Positions 10,535 to 21,149 are shown, numbered from the stretch's first letter. The stretch is DNA of 64,000 bases from an uncultured cyanobacterium (GCA_963703315.1 OY969811.1:992001-1056000); one strand, 5' to 3'. Numbers and translations: made by a program. Notes: generated by a model from the letters alone, not told the origin.

Positions 10535-11627
10535 AGGCGAGATGGCTGTGGTGATAATAGGCAGCACAAGCACCTTCAGACGAAACCATTGGTGCGCCGA
10601 GGGGACGTTCTGGGTTACAGGCTTTGCCAAAGCTAGGACATTCATGAGGTTTGCGAGTTCCTTGCAAGATTAAACCGCTAATACAGAGGTCAGATTCATG
10701 GGTATCTGGAGAACTCTCATCACAGTTAAAGCGTTTCTGAGCATCAAAACTGGCATATTTCTCTCTTAATTTCAGTCCACTTTGAGGAATTTCGGTGAGT
10801 CCGCGCCATTGTCGAGAGGTGGGTGCAAATACCTCCTGTATCATAGCGATCGCCTGTTGATTCCCCTCTCTTTTGACCGAACGCGCATATTGATTTTCTA
10901 CTTCTGCTTTGCCTGACTCTAATTGCTTAATGCATAGATAAATCCCTTGCAAAATATCTATTGGTTCAAAACCTGTAACGACGATCGGTATTTGATATTG
11001 CTGAGCGATCGCCTCATATTCGCTATATCCCATCACCGTGCATACGTGACCAGCCGCGAGAAATCCCTGCATGGTATGGTCAGGATTACTGAGAATTGCT
11101 TCCATTGCGGGTGGAACAAGGACATGGGCGCAAAGAATTGAAAAGTTATCTAAGCCTAATTGGGATGCTTGGGCGATCGCGAGGGCAGTAGTCGGCGCAG
11201 TGGTTTCAAAGCCAACTGCGAAAAATACGACTTGGCGATCGCGATGTTGTTGAGCTAACTTGACCGCATCCAGAGGCGAATAAACTATGCGAATGTCGGC
11301 TCCTGAAGCTTTGGCGCTTAACAGGTCATTGGTACTGCTAGGAACGCGCAACATATCCCCAAAGGAGCAGAAAATAACGTTGGGTTGGGCGGCGATTTTG
11401 ATTGCTTGATCGATTAAATGAATGGGAGTAACACAGACAGGGCAACCCGGTCCGTGAATGAGAGTGATTTCTGAAGGAATCAAACGATCAATGCCATGTT
11501 TGACAATGGAGTGGGTTTGTCCACCACAGATTTCCATTAATGTCCAAGCACGGGTCGTAATCGCGGCGATCGCCTCTGCATATTTGTTAGCCAGTTGGCG
11601 ATCACGGTATTCGTCAATATATTTCAT
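10515..11627 (-). CDS. hypD: Hydrogenase maturation protein HypD
   Basis: MKYIDEY start at 11627; [30 protein letters not shown]. Confidence 0.95.
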   Translation of the reverse strand: MKYIDEYRDRQLANKYAEAIAAITTRAWTLMEICGGQTHSIVKHGIDRLIPSEITLIHGPGCPVCVTPIHLIDQAIKIAAQPNVIFCSFGDMLRVPSSTNDLLSAKASGADIRIVYSPLDAVKLAQQHRDRQVVFFAVGFETTAPTTALAIAQASQLGLDNFSILCAHVLVPPAMEAILSNPDHTMQGFLAAGHVCTVMGYSEYEAIAQQYQIPIVVTGFEPIDILQGIYLCIKQLESGKAEVENQYARSVKREGNQQAIAMIQEVFAPTSRQWRGLTEIPQSGLKLREKYASFDAQKRFNCDESSPDTHESDLCISGLILQGTRKPHECPSFGKACNPERPLGAPMVSSEGACAAYYHHSHLALRLTQQ

Positions 11628-11683
11628 CGCAGTTATTCCATCATGAACTTTAGGTGGCTTGGCAACACGAAGTGTTGCCAAGC

Positions 11684-11905
11684 CTAATTGATGCGTTGCA
11701 AATCTAGTAAGGTTTGGGCTGTTTCTTCAGGGTCAACAATGGAGATGGCGACACCTGCGTGAATAATTGCATAATCACCGATCTCGGCTTCGGGAAGATA
11801 AGCAAGATTTACTTCTTTGACAACACCACTAAAACTAACTTTGCCCGATCGCATCAAGTCTTCTCCTTGAATGGAAAGAATTTTGCCAGGGACTGCTAAA
11901 CACAT
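11684..11905 (-). CDS. hypC: Hydrogenase maturation chaperone HypC
   Basis: MCLAVPGK N-terminus; [12 protein letters not shown]. Confidence 0.95.
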   Translation of the reverse strand: MCLAVPGKILSIQGEDLMRSGKVSFSGVVKEVNLAYLPEAEIGDYAIIHAGVAISIVDPEETAQTLLDLQRIN

Positions 11906-11961
11906 AGATTTGACCTCTTTAATTGACTTTTAGATGATGGGCAGCACTTTGCGCCGCCATC

Positions 11962-14313
11962 CTACATTAATTCGCGTAATGCTGCCATAATCTGTCCTGC
12001 GGTAATACCTCCATCATTGGGTGGTATCTGTTGATGGGTATAGGGTTGAAAGCCTAATTGACGTAATTTAGACATTGCTCTTTCCGTTAAATATCGATTT
12101 TGGAAACAGCCACCTGTGAGGACAATTTGAGCAATACCAGCTTGTTGGGCTACAGTCACCATCATTTCCACTAAAGAGTTATGAAATTTAGTAGCAATTA
12201 TAGAAGTTGCGATTTGTTTTTGCCTATCTTCTAAGATAGATTGAATTAGGTTTGACCAGTCAATTTCGCCGTCATTCTTAACTATTGGATATAGCATTTC
12301 ACAGTCTAGTGAAGTATGGGATTGTTTCCCCGTCGAAGGCGGGAAAGCATGACATATTTGTTCTAAGACGATCGCCGCTTGACCTTCAAAGCTGGCAATT
12401 TGACAGATACCCAAGAGTGAAGCCACCGCATCAAATAGTCTACCGATACTTGAAGTTTGGGGGATATGTTTCTGATTGGTTAATAAAGTTTTCCAGATTA
12501 CTAATTCGGAACTTGTGAAGGATTGCAAAGGTGGTAAATCTAAATCCCAGAGACGATCGCCAAATATTTCCCAGAGCATACCTAAAGCCACACGACGCGG
12601 TTCTTTAGCCGCTTTGTCTCCACCTAGTAAGGGAAATTTGCGTAAATGCGCTACTCGTTCAAAACTGCGATCAGTGATTTTCAAAAATTCTCCCCCCCAG
12701 ATTGTGCCATCAGTGCCGTAGCCAGTACCATCCCAAGCAATTCCTAACACAGGTGGTTGCAGTTGATGGTCAGCCATACCAGCGAGAACATGGGCGTAAT
12801 GATGCTGCACAGGTATTAAGGGAACTTGTAAAGATTGCGATAATTGCTGGGCATATTGGCTAGAGAGATAATCGGGATGAGTATCACAGGCGATCGCTTC
12901 AGGTTGAAATTCGTAAGCTTCACTCAAATGCTGAATAATCCGTTGAAAATGCTCGAAAGCTTTCGTTGTTTCTAGATCACCAATATGTTGACTCAGAATT
13001 ATCGAATTATTGATAGAAATAGCGATCGCATTTTTGAGATGTCCTCCCAATGCCAAAATATTTTTCATTGGAGTTGATTCACAAAGTGAATCAACTCCAA
13101 TCCTAATTGGTAAAGGCGCATACCCCCTTGCCCTCCGCAAAATCACGGGGTGATCGCCGATCACCCTCACCACTGAATCATCCACAGGTTGAGCGATATC
13201 GCGATTATGCACCAGAAACAAATCAGCGATATTTCCTAAACTAGCGATCGCCTCTTGATTATCAATACAAATCGGCTCATCGGAAAGATTGCCACTTGTC
13301 GCCACAATGGGCGCTTGTAATTCTGCCATTAACAAGTGGTGAAGCGGTGTATAGGGCAGCATGACACCGATATAGGCATTATCATCAGAGATAAGGGGCT
13401 TAAGACTCTTGTTTAACTTCTGTAAAAGCACAATCGGCGCTTCAGGAGATTGTAATAACTTTGCTTCTAAAGCTGAAACTTGGCAATCTTGTTGAATGCT
13501 TTCTAAATTGGGATACATCAGCGCAAAAGGCTTGTGGGGGCGATGTTTGCGTTGGCGGAGTTGGGCGATCGCCTCTAGACTATTTGCATCTACTACCAAC
13601 TGAAAACCGCCTAAACCTTTAATTGCGAAGATTTTTCCAGTTCTAATTCCTTCAACTGTAGCTAATAGAGCCTGATTGCCTGTAGCTAAGATTTTGCTTT
13701 GAGCATCCCAAAGTTCGAGACTAGGGCCACAGAGAGAACAAGCATTTGGTTGGGCATGAAAGCGCCGAGCTAGGGGATTGTCATATTCGGCTTGGCAATC
13801 AGCACACATTTGGAACTTCTGCATCGTCGTATTGTGGCGATCGTAGGGCAGAGCTTTGATGATGCTATAGCGCGTTCCACAGTTAGTACAGTTGGTAAAT
13901 GGATAGCGATCGCGCCGATTATGAGGGTCAAAAATATCATGCAGACAATCTGCACAGGTTGCTAAATCAGGAAGAATTACCGCCGTTTTGAGATGGGATT
14001 TATTGGAAGATTCTAGATCGGATTCTACAATCTCAAAGCTTTGATAATGAACAGGTTCGCGCCATTGCCTGACGATGCTATGAATTTGCGATCGCGCAGG
14101 TTTCTCCTTTGGCAACCGTTCTAGAAATAAATCTAAGGTTTGCTGATTTCCCTCGACGGCGATCGCCACTCCTTGAGCATTATTATTCACCCAGCCCCTG
14201 AGATGTAATTCCGTTGCCAGACGATAGACAAAGGGACGAAAACCCACTCCTTGTACTGCCCCAGAAATATCTAGATGTAGACATTTGATCTGCTGGCTTG
14301 GCTCAAGTTCCAT
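11962..14313 (-). CDS. hypF: Carbamoyltransferase HypF
   Basis: GAVQGVGFRPF acylphosphatase domain, two CxxC zinc fingers, QHHYAH, DGTGYG, PPNDGG. Confidence 0.95.
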   Translation of the reverse strand: MELEPSQQIKCLHLDISGAVQGVGFRPFVYRLATELHLRGWVNNNAQGVAIAVEGNQQTLDLFLERLPKEKPARSQIHSIVRQWREPVHYQSFEIVESDLESSNKSHLKTAVILPDLATCADCLHDIFDPHNRRDRYPFTNCTNCGTRYSIIKALPYDRHNTTMQKFQMCADCQAEYDNPLARRFHAQPNACSLCGPSLELWDAQSKILATGNQALLATVEGIRTGKIFAIKGLGGFQLVVDANSLEAIAQLRQRKHRPHKPFALMYPNLESIQQDCQVSALEAKLLQSPEAPIVLLQKLNKSLKPLISDDNAYIGVMLPYTPLHHLLMAELQAPIVATSGNLSDEPICIDNQEAIASLGNIADLFLVHNRDIAQPVDDSVVRVIGDHPVILRRARGYAPLPIRIGVDSLCESTPMKNILALGGHLKNAIAISINNSIILSQHIGDLETTKAFEHFQRIIQHLSEAYEFQPEAIACDTHPDYLSSQYAQQLSQSLQVPLIPVQHHYAHVLAGMADHQLQPPVLGIAWDGTGYGTDGTIWGGEFLKITDRSFERVAHLRKFPLLGGDKAAKEPRRVALGMLWEIFGDRLWDLDLPPLQSFTSSELVIWKTLLTNQKHIPQTSSIGRLFDAVASLLGICQIASFEGQAAIVLEQICHAFPPSTGKQSHTSLDCEMLYPIVKNDGEIDWSNLIQSILEDRQKQIATSIIATKFHNSLVEMMVTVAQQAGIAQIVLTGGCFQNRYLTERAMSKLRQLGFQPYTHQQIPPNDGGITAGQIMAALRELM

Positions 14314-14317
14314 ACTC

Positions 14318-14416
14318 AGTAGTTGTCCAAAATAAATTATCCAAACCCGTAAAGTTGCGCCCCGCAGGGGCGCAACTTTACGGGTTTGGGTTTGTAATTA
14401 ATTACGTCCATCTACT
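14318..14416. repeat. MITE/REP-like element with a long perfect central palindrome
   Basis: AGTAG...CTACT ends; core CCAAACCCGTAAAGTTGCGCCCC-GCA-GGGGCGCAACTTTACGGGTTTGG. Confidence 0.7.
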
Positions 14417-15154
14417 TTACTCGCTGACCTTTTCTGCTAAGGCTTTGCGAGCAACCTGAGTGACATAGACGGTAACAGCAACAGTGGCGAACAACCCAAT
14501 AATCCGAACTGCCCATTTAATATTGCTGTCAGTGGGTTGACCATCACTCCCAATTCTGGCGAGATCTCCTGCGAGGGAGCCAATGTAAACATACATTACC
14601 GTCCCCGGAAGCATACCGATAGAAGCTAAGGCATAGTCTTTAAGGGTGACTCCTGCTATACCAAAGGCATAGTTGAGTAAGTTAAAAGGAAATACAGGAG
14701 AGAGGCGAGTTAATAAAACGATTTTGAAGCCTTCATCGGCTACAGCCTTGTCGATCGCCGCAAACTTTTGATTGTCAGCAATTTTTTGGCTGATCCAGTC
14801 GCGTGCCAAATAGCGTCCGACCAGAAAAGCAGCGATCGCGCCTAAAGTTGCACCGATAAATACATAAATCGAACCAAGAACTACGCCAAATAGGACACCC
14901 GCCCCTAAAGTGATCACTGAACCTGGTAAAAAAGCAACAGTGGCGACGATGTAAATGACGATAAAAGCTAGACCACCTGCATAGCCCAAACTCTCAACCC
15001 ATTGCAAAGCCACACGCAATAGATCTTGCGGGTTGAAGCTTAAGGTGGGCGTTTCGGCAAAGGCAGGAGACGCTATGAATATCCAAGCGATCGCCACTAA
15101 TGTTAGGCAAATTAGGGATCTCCCTAAAATAACTGCGATTTTATTGATCAGCAT
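14417..15154 (-). CDS. TVP38/TMEM64 (VTT/DedA-like) membrane protein
   Basis: AFLPGSVITLGAG, LTRLSPVFPFNLLNYAFG; multiple TM helices. Confidence 0.9.
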   Translation of the reverse strand: MLINKIAVILGRSLICLTLVAIAWIFIASPAFAETPTLSFNPQDLLRVALQWVESLGYAGGLAFIVIYIVATVAFLPGSVITLGAGVLFGVVLGSIYVFIGATLGAIAAFLVGRYLARDWISQKIADNQKFAAIDKAVADEGFKIVLLTRLSPVFPFNLLNYAFGIAGVTLKDYALASIGMLPGTVMYVYIGSLAGDLARIGSDGQPTDSNIKWAVRIIGLFATVAVTVYVTQVARKALAEKVSE

Positions 15155-15194
15155 AGTTCTTTGCCTTCTATTTGCTTTCTATTTGCTTTCTAAA

Positions 15195-16163
15195 TTAGCA
15201 ACAGCCGCCGCCGTTATAGTGCCAAGTGGAATCGGTAATTATCACTTCGTTAGGAAATTTCGTTGCCAGATTAAGGGCTGTTTTATCACAGACAGCGATC
15301 GGGTTACCTCGAATCAAACTATGACCTGCGCGATCGTCAAAAATTTCTTCCTGACCATTATAAATAGCAGTCTTGCCCGTAAAAATGCAAGCACCATCCT
15401 CAGGAATGGGAACTTTAAAAGATACGGAATCCAAGCTCTCTAATAACAAGGGAGTATCTAATTGGAATGTTTGGGTATCGAGTAAGCGATAGGGGCGACG
15501 AGCGCGAATTTCTACCTGTCCAAAACCTGCATCCACGAGATGTTGTGTATATTCTGTATAGGTCATGGCTCCAGAGAGACACATGGCTCTTAGACGTTCA
15601 TCGGCTTGTAAATGACTAGGGATGGGACGAGTAGCGATCGGATCGCTCATGATTAATCTACCCTTAGGTTTTAACACTCGATAGACTTCTTTTAAAGCCC
15701 GTTTTAAATCATCAGGTTCAAAAATATTAAATAGACAATTTTGGGCAACCACATCAACCGAAGCATCGGCAACAGGCAGGTTAAAAGCATCACCATCAAG
15801 AATTTTTACAAAATCAGGATTAAACCATTCATTTTCTTGGGCAGCTAATTCTAAATTGCGAGTGGCGGCTTCTCTCATCGCAGCGACTGGCTCGATCGCA
15901 ATTACGCCAGCAGGACGACGACAGAAGTAAGCAAATTGCAATGCCTCTAACCCACCACCGACACCAATATAAAGCACGGTTGGTGAACCAGTTAATTCGG
16001 TTGGATGAATGGTTGTACCGCAGCCATAGTTCATTTGCTGAATAATTGCAGGGATCTTGAGATTCGGAAACTGTAAAGGTGGCGTACTAATACAGCACAA
16101 ACCAACTTGAGGCGTAGTGGCAGCAGCAGCATAAAATTCGGCTGTAGTTTCGAGATAGCTCAT
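15195..16163 (-). CDS. arsM: Arsenite methyltransferase, cyanobacterial (arsenosugar-type) ArsM
   Basis: VGLCC, MNYGCG, GVGGGLEA, QNCLFN, C-terminal WHYNGGGCC; ATG at 16163. Confidence 0.85.
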   Translation of the reverse strand: MSYLETTAEFYAAAATTPQVGLCCISTPPLQFPNLKIPAIIQQMNYGCGTTIHPTELTGSPTVLYIGVGGGLEALQFAYFCRRPAGVIAIEPVAAMREAATRNLELAAQENEWFNPDFVKILDGDAFNLPVADASVDVVAQNCLFNIFEPDDLKRALKEVYRVLKPKGRLIMSDPIATRPIPSHLQADERLRAMCLSGAMTYTEYTQHLVDAGFGQVEIRARRPYRLLDTQTFQLDTPLLLESLDSVSFKVPIPEDGACIFTGKTAIYNGQEEIFDDRAGHSLIRGNPIAVCDKTALNLATKFPNEVIITDSTWHYNGGGCC

Positions 16164-16310
16164 GTTTCCTAATCGGTAGTTGTACAATGGAGACGCATTA
16201 TATCTGTCTTTGTTTTGGTTATATCACTATATAGTAGTATAGCTATGCCTAAGTACAATTAAGATATAATATACGCAAATGATTAAAGTTTTGCCTCTAA
16301 TACTATTACT

Positions 16311-16667
16311 ATGTCTCTACCTCCTGCCGCCTTAACTCAAGTTGCTGATTACTTCAAAGTGCTATCAGAACTCAGCCGATTGCAGGTCTTGTGTTCTCTC
16401 AAGGCTGGTTCCAAAAATGTCACAGAAATTATGGAAGAAACGGGATTGGGGCAAGCTAATGTATCTAAGCATTTGAAGATACTTTCACAAGCGGGAATCG
16501 TTTCGCGGACACCTCAAGGGGTAAGCGTGTATTACGAAATTGTGCAACCATTTATTTTTGATTTGTGTGAATTAGTAAGCGATCGCCTCTCCATTCGCTT
16601 GCAAGAACAATCGCAACAGTTAAAACAGTTAGAAGGCTTACGGCATTCTACAACCAGCAACAATTAG
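16311..16667 (+). CDS. ArsR/SmtB family transcriptional regulator
   Basis: FKVLSELSRLQVL...GQANVSKHLKIL winged HTH; divergent from arsM. Confidence 0.9.
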   Translation: MSLPPAALTQVADYFKVLSELSRLQVLCSLKAGSKNVTEIMEETGLGQANVSKHLKILSQAGIVSRTPQGVSVYYEIVQPFIFDLCELVSDRLSIRLQEQSQQLKQLEGLRHSTTSNN

Positions 16668-16691
16668 TAAAGCAAATAGTAAAGCAAATTT

Positions 16692-17897
16692 ATGAATCAT
16701 GTACTAATTGGCATATCTGGAGGAATTGCTGCTTATAAGGTTTGTGAAGTTGTTTCCAGTTTGGCAAAGCGCGGTATTGAAGTGCGAGTCATCCTCACGC
16801 GATCAGCCTCAGAATTCGTGACTCCACTCACTTTCGCCACCCTTTCCCGTCAACCTGCCTATACTGATGCTGATTTTTGGCAACCGAGCAATGGTAGACC
16901 TTTGCATATTGAACTTGCAGAATGGGCAGATGTGATCCTATTAGCGCCAATGACCGCTAATACCTTAGCGAAGGTAGCACATGGATTTGCCGATAACTTA
17001 CTCACCAATACTTTACTGGCGGCTAATTGTCCGATTCTCTTTGCACCAGCGATGAATACGACCATGTGGCTACAGCCCACTGTCCAAGAGAACTGGCGCA
17101 AAGTTTTGACTTTCTCTAACTATAAAGCGATCGCCCCGACTGATGGTATTCTTGCCTGCGATGCTGTCGGTACTGGACGGATGGCAGAACCAGAAATAAT
17201 TTTGGAATATATTGAATCTTTTCTCTTTACTAAAGGCAAACAAGATTTAAAGGGAAAACAAGTTTTAGTTAGTGCAGGGGGAACTCGCGAATTTATCGAT
17301 CCCGTGCGCTTTATTGGCAATCCCTCAACGGGAAAACAGGGGGTAGCGATCGCTAAAGCGGCAATACATCGCGGTGCAAAGGTGGTACTGGTAAAGGCTG
17401 GAGATTTAGCAATTAATCCTGAAATGGAACTGCAAACCATTAATGTCAGATCTGCTCAGGAAATGCAGGAAGTAATGCAAATGGCTTTTCCGATAGCAGA
17501 CATGACGATCGCTGCCGCCGCCGTTGGTGATGTGCGATCGCAATTACAAAGCGATCGCAAGTTACCAAAATCGGAACTTCCCTTAAATCTAGAACTGGAA
17601 TATATTCCTGATATTATTGCCGATCTGGCAACTCGTAAGCGTGCAGATCAGATATTGGTAGGCTTTGCGGCTCAAACTGGAACCGAGTCAGAGATTGTCG
17701 CCGCCGCAAAGGATAAGTTAGTCCGCAAAGGTTTGGATGCGATCGCGGCTAATGCGGTGAATAGTTCTCAAACTGGATTTGGGACAGATACTAATCAAGC
17801 AACATTCATTAACAAACATGGAAATATTGTATCAACGCCTCTCTGCTCTAAGTTAGAGATTGCTCATCGCCTATTCGATACCTTATTATACGAGTAG
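16692..17897 (+). CDS. coaBC: Phosphopantothenoylcysteine decarboxylase/ligase
   Basis: GGIAAYK, PAMNTTM, GGTREFIDPVRFIGNPSTGKQG, VGFAAQT. Confidence 0.95.
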   Translation: MNHVLIGISGGIAAYKVCEVVSSLAKRGIEVRVILTRSASEFVTPLTFATLSRQPAYTDADFWQPSNGRPLHIELAEWADVILLAPMTANTLAKVAHGFADNLLTNTLLAANCPILFAPAMNTTMWLQPTVQENWRKVLTFSNYKAIAPTDGILACDAVGTGRMAEPEIILEYIESFLFTKGKQDLKGKQVLVSAGGTREFIDPVRFIGNPSTGKQGVAIAKAAIHRGAKVVLVKAGDLAINPEMELQTINVRSAQEMQEVMQMAFPIADMTIAAAAVGDVRSQLQSDRKLPKSELPLNLELEYIPDIIADLATRKRADQILVGFAAQTGTESEIVAAAKDKLVRKGLDAIAANAVNSSQTGFGTDTNQATFINKHGNIVSTPLCSKLEIAHRLFDTLLYE

Positions 17898-17991
17898 GCA
17901 AAGCTCTACTACTATCTGCCCTCACCCCCCAGCCCCCTCTCCCGCAAGGCTAGAAGTGAGGGTATTAGCCCAAATCAGGAATCAAAACTAT

Positions 17992-18216
17992 ATGCAAGAA
18001 GATGAAAGTAAACAACGCCTAAATCTGGAAATGGAGACCATGAGTATTAATAGACTCACTGACTTAGGCAACCTTGCTGTATCCGCAGGCTTAATTGCTG
18101 GGCATGGATTTCATGGCGGCAAGTATGAGATTTTAAGACAAGGAAAAGTGATCTTGTTACCAGTTAATGAAGCAGAAGTCTATCTAGAGCAACTCCTCCA
18201 AACTCTACAATCATGA
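17992..18216 (+). CDS. Small hypothetical protein, translationally coupled to the AAA ATPase
   Basis: ATG at 17992 (later starts possible). ATGA overlap with the next gene. The ORF-track 5' extension runs through a REP remnant. Confidence 0.55.
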   Translation: MQEDESKQRLNLEMETMSINRLTDLGNLAVSAGLIAGHGFHGGKYEILRQGKVILLPVNEAEVYLEQLLQTLQS

Positions 18217-20249
18217 CTCTATCGCCTGAGCGGTCTATCAATAGCCCTGATTGGTTAACTATCAGTCAAACCGATCTATTTGCGGCGATCGCTAAAATTC
18301 GCCATGCCTTAGAACAGAAGTTAGATGATCGCAAGGATGAAGTTTTAGTTGATCAAGGTATCTCTCTAGCTCAAAATCCATATCAAAATAAACAGCAAAC
18401 AAATCAATTTGATAGCCATCTCAATCAATTGTGTGCAAGCTTGAGTCTTTCTAATTTTGAAAGAGGGGTTTTACTGTTATGTGCAGGAATGGAGTTTGAC
18501 CCGAGTTGGGGATTGCTTTGTGCGGAGGTGGCGAATGACTCCAAACAGAACTATCCCACTTTTAGTCTAGCGATGACAGTACTAGAGCATTCTGATTGGA
18601 CAGCATTATCCCCCGCTTCTCCCCTGCGTCGATGGAATTTAGTGGAAATTGGTGCAGGGAATGCACTGACTTCTAGTCCCTTAAGGATTAACGAGAGAAT
18701 CCTGCATTATCTCATGGGCGATCAACATCTTGATGAACGTCTGCTCAATCTTTTGGAACCGATAGATGCGAAATCAGTACAGATTGCATCCCATCATGAA
18801 ATCACAAATCAGGCGATCGCCACTTGGGTAAATAGTGCAGAGTCCCAAATCGAAAGCTTACCGATCCTGCAACTATGTGGTGAAGATATCTCTAGCAAAA
18901 TGGCGATCGCATCGGCTATTTGTGTTGATGTAGGCTTAACACTATATAAAGTCCCTGCCAATCTGCTTCCCCATGATTTAACTAATCTTCAGTTAATTGC
19001 TCAGCTATGCGATCGCGAATATATGCTCAATGATATTGCGCTATTACTGGACTGCGATCGTGATGAAGCCCCAAATCAACAGCAGGATATGGCGATCAGT
19101 CATCTGAGTGAGATTCTCAAATGTCCGATGATAATTAGTAGTCAAACTCGCCGCCGTCAACACCAACGCACCATCATTACCTTTGATGTGCGATCGCCTT
19201 CTGTAAATGAACAACAGATATTATGGCAAGAAGCTTTAAAGGATCTGGATAGCGACATTCAAGCTTCGCTCAATGGCTCCATTAATGAACTTGTCTCTTA
19301 TTTCAATCTCTCACCCACCCATATCTATAACGCCTCCCTCAAAGCCAAAAGCTCACACCAAAAATCTGACTCGTCCTTGCCAAACCATAGCTTCCATCAA
19401 TCCCTCTGGAATGCCTGTCGCGCTCAGTCCCGTCCTCGTCTTGATGAGCTTGCCCAAAGCGTCGAAACCACCGCAACTTGGGAAGATTTGATTTTGCCGT
19501 CTAAGGAAAAATTTGTCCTCCATGACATTGCCGCCCATGTCCGTCAACGCTTAACTGTCTATGAGAAATGGGGATTTGCAGGTAGGAGTAGGCGTGGCTT
19601 AGGCATTAGCGCTCTGTTTGCAGGCACAAGTGGCACTGGGAAGACAATGGCAGCAGAAGTATTAGGTAATGAGTTACAGCTTGATGTCTACCGCATTGAT
19701 CTTAGTTCTGTAATTGATAAATATATTGGTGAAACCGAAAAGAATCTCAAACGTATTTTTGATGCGGCGGAAGGTGGTGGTGTGATTCTGCTATTTGATG
19801 AAGCTGATGCTCTATTTGGAAAGCGCACTGAAGTTAAGGATAGTCACGATCGCCATGCTAATGTCGGTGTGAGTTACTTGTTACAAAGAATGGAAGCCTA
19901 TCGAGGTTTAGCCGTATTAACGACAAATCTCAAAAATTCTCTCGATCAAGCCTTCTTACGGCGCTTACGGTTTGTAATTCAGTTTCCCTTTCCTGATGCT
20001 GAGCAACGCGCCGAAATTTGGCGTAGGGCTTTTCCTAAGCAAACACCAACATTGGATCTAGACTATCTAAAACTTGGTAAGCTCAGTGTTGCTGGTGGAA
20101 ATATTAAGAATATTGCCCTAAATTCTGCTTTTATTGCGGCGGATCACAATGAACCTGTGCAGATGAAGCATATTTTGCAAGCTGCCAAGATTGAATATAC
20201 TAAGCTCGAAAAACCGATGATGGATACAGAAATCAAAGGATGGGTTTAG
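18213..20249 (+). CDS. AAA+ ATPase of the Afp15/Pvc15-like (contractile injection system-associated) type
   Basis: ALFAGTSGTGKT, IDLSSVIDKYIGETEKNL, LLFDEADALFGKRTEVKDSHDR, YLLQRME; winged-helix-like N-terminus (PLRRW.LV). Confidence 0.8.
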   Translation: MTLSPERSINSPDWLTISQTDLFAAIAKIRHALEQKLDDRKDEVLVDQGISLAQNPYQNKQQTNQFDSHLNQLCASLSLSNFERGVLLLCAGMEFDPSWGLLCAEVANDSKQNYPTFSLAMTVLEHSDWTALSPASPLRRWNLVEIGAGNALTSSPLRINERILHYLMGDQHLDERLLNLLEPIDAKSVQIASHHEITNQAIATWVNSAESQIESLPILQLCGEDISSKMAIASAICVDVGLTLYKVPANLLPHDLTNLQLIAQLCDREYMLNDIALLLDCDRDEAPNQQQDMAISHLSEILKCPMIISSQTRRRQHQRTIITFDVRSPSVNEQQILWQEALKDLDSDIQASLNGSINELVSYFNLSPTHIYNASLKAKSSHQKSDSSLPNHSFHQSLWNACRAQSRPRLDELAQSVETTATWEDLILPSKEKFVLHDIAAHVRQRLTVYEKWGFAGRSRRGLGISALFAGTSGTGKTMAAEVLGNELQLDVYRIDLSSVIDKYIGETEKNLKRIFDAAEGGGVILLFDEADALFGKRTEVKDSHDRHANVGVSYLLQRMEAYRGLAVLTTNLKNSLDQAFLRRLRFVIQFPFPDAEQRAEIWRRAFPKQTPTLDLDYLKLGKLSVAGGNIKNIALNSAFIAADHNEPVQMKHILQAAKIEYTKLEKPMMDTEIKGWV

Positions 20250-20277
20250 AACTTCTCGCGCTACGTGCGATAAGTTT

Positions 20278-20661
20278 TCACTTATCCTGTTCTAAATACT
20301 TTTTACCCCAAAGATGCATGGCATCAAGGACAGGTTGTAAGGTTCTGCCCAAAGCTGTGAGGGAATATTCCACTTTGGGCGGTACTTGCATATAAACTTC
20401 ACGATGAACTAAACCATCCCGTTCCATTTCCCGCAATTGTTGAGTCAGCATTTTTTGGGTGATGCCGTGCAAATTACGATGCAATTCACCAAAGCGCTTT
20501 GTACCACTAAATAATTCATGCAAAATCAAAACTTTCCAGCGACCACCGATCGCCTCTAGGGTTGCTTCGACAGGACAACTAGGGCGATCGCTCTGGTACG
20601 CAGCGCTACAGTCTACTTCAGTCAGAGGTTCGAGAATAAAAGTATCCAGATATTTTTCCAT
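20278..20661 (-). CDS. HxlR family transcriptional regulator
   Basis: CPVEATLEAIGGRWK, ITQKMLTQQLREME.DGLV.R, VPPKVEYSLT. Confidence 0.92.
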   Translation of the reverse strand: MEKYLDTFILEPLTEVDCSAAYQSDRPSCPVEATLEAIGGRWKVLILHELFSGTKRFGELHRNLHGITQKMLTQQLREMERDGLVHREVYMQVPPKVEYSLTALGRTLQPVLDAMHLWGKKYLEQDK

Positions 20662-20777
20662 AGTATCTTTTTGGTATGTACCTTACAAAAAAGTGCATAC
20701 TTTACTTAAAGAGTGTAAGTCAATTATAGTGATTTGCATACCTGATTTGTTAACAACCAACGCATTTGGACAAAATA

Positions 20778-21026
20778 ATGAGTGAATCCCCAAGTAATCC
20801 GAAGATCGTTGACAAAAAGCCTGTTGTTTTGGAACTTGAGCCAAAAACTTACTACTGGTGTACCTGTGGTGAATCAACCAATCAACCCTATTGTAACGGC
20901 GCACATAAAGGCACAGGATTTACTCCTCTTGCTTTTGAAGTAACAGAAACGAAGAAGGTTGCTCTTTGCCTATGCAAGCATACAGAGAGAGCACCATTCT
21001 GTGACGGTACACACACTAAGCTGTAA
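20778..21026 (+). CDS. CDGSH iron-sulfur domain protein (two domains)
   Basis: WCTCGES..QPYCNGAH and LCLCKHT..APFCDGTH. Confidence 0.9.
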   Translation: MSESPSNPKIVDKKPVVLELEPKTYYWCTCGESTNQPYCNGAHKGTGFTPLAFEVTETKKVALCLCKHTERAPFCDGTHTKL

Positions 21027-21042
21027 AAGACATTGTTTCAGT

Positions 21043-21149
21043 TAAGTACCTCGGCTTAATAAAACCAAGAACCCAAATAAGCGGAATCGCCCGCTTCGCG
21101 GGCGATTCCGCTTATTTGGGTTTTATATTTAATTATGCCTACCTACTTA
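21043..21149. repeat. MITE/REP-like element (TAAGTA...TACTTA ends)
   Basis: Terminal inverted repeats around the perfect palindrome AACCCAAATAAGCGGAATCGCCCGC-TTC-GCGGGCGATTCCGCTTATTTGGGTT. Confidence 0.7.

Noticed and set aside
15166..16691. Two-copy 11-12-bp tandem duplications (TTCTATTTGCT at about 15166; TAGTAAAGCAAA at about 16665)
   Set aside because: Simple slippage-type duplications; no array structure.
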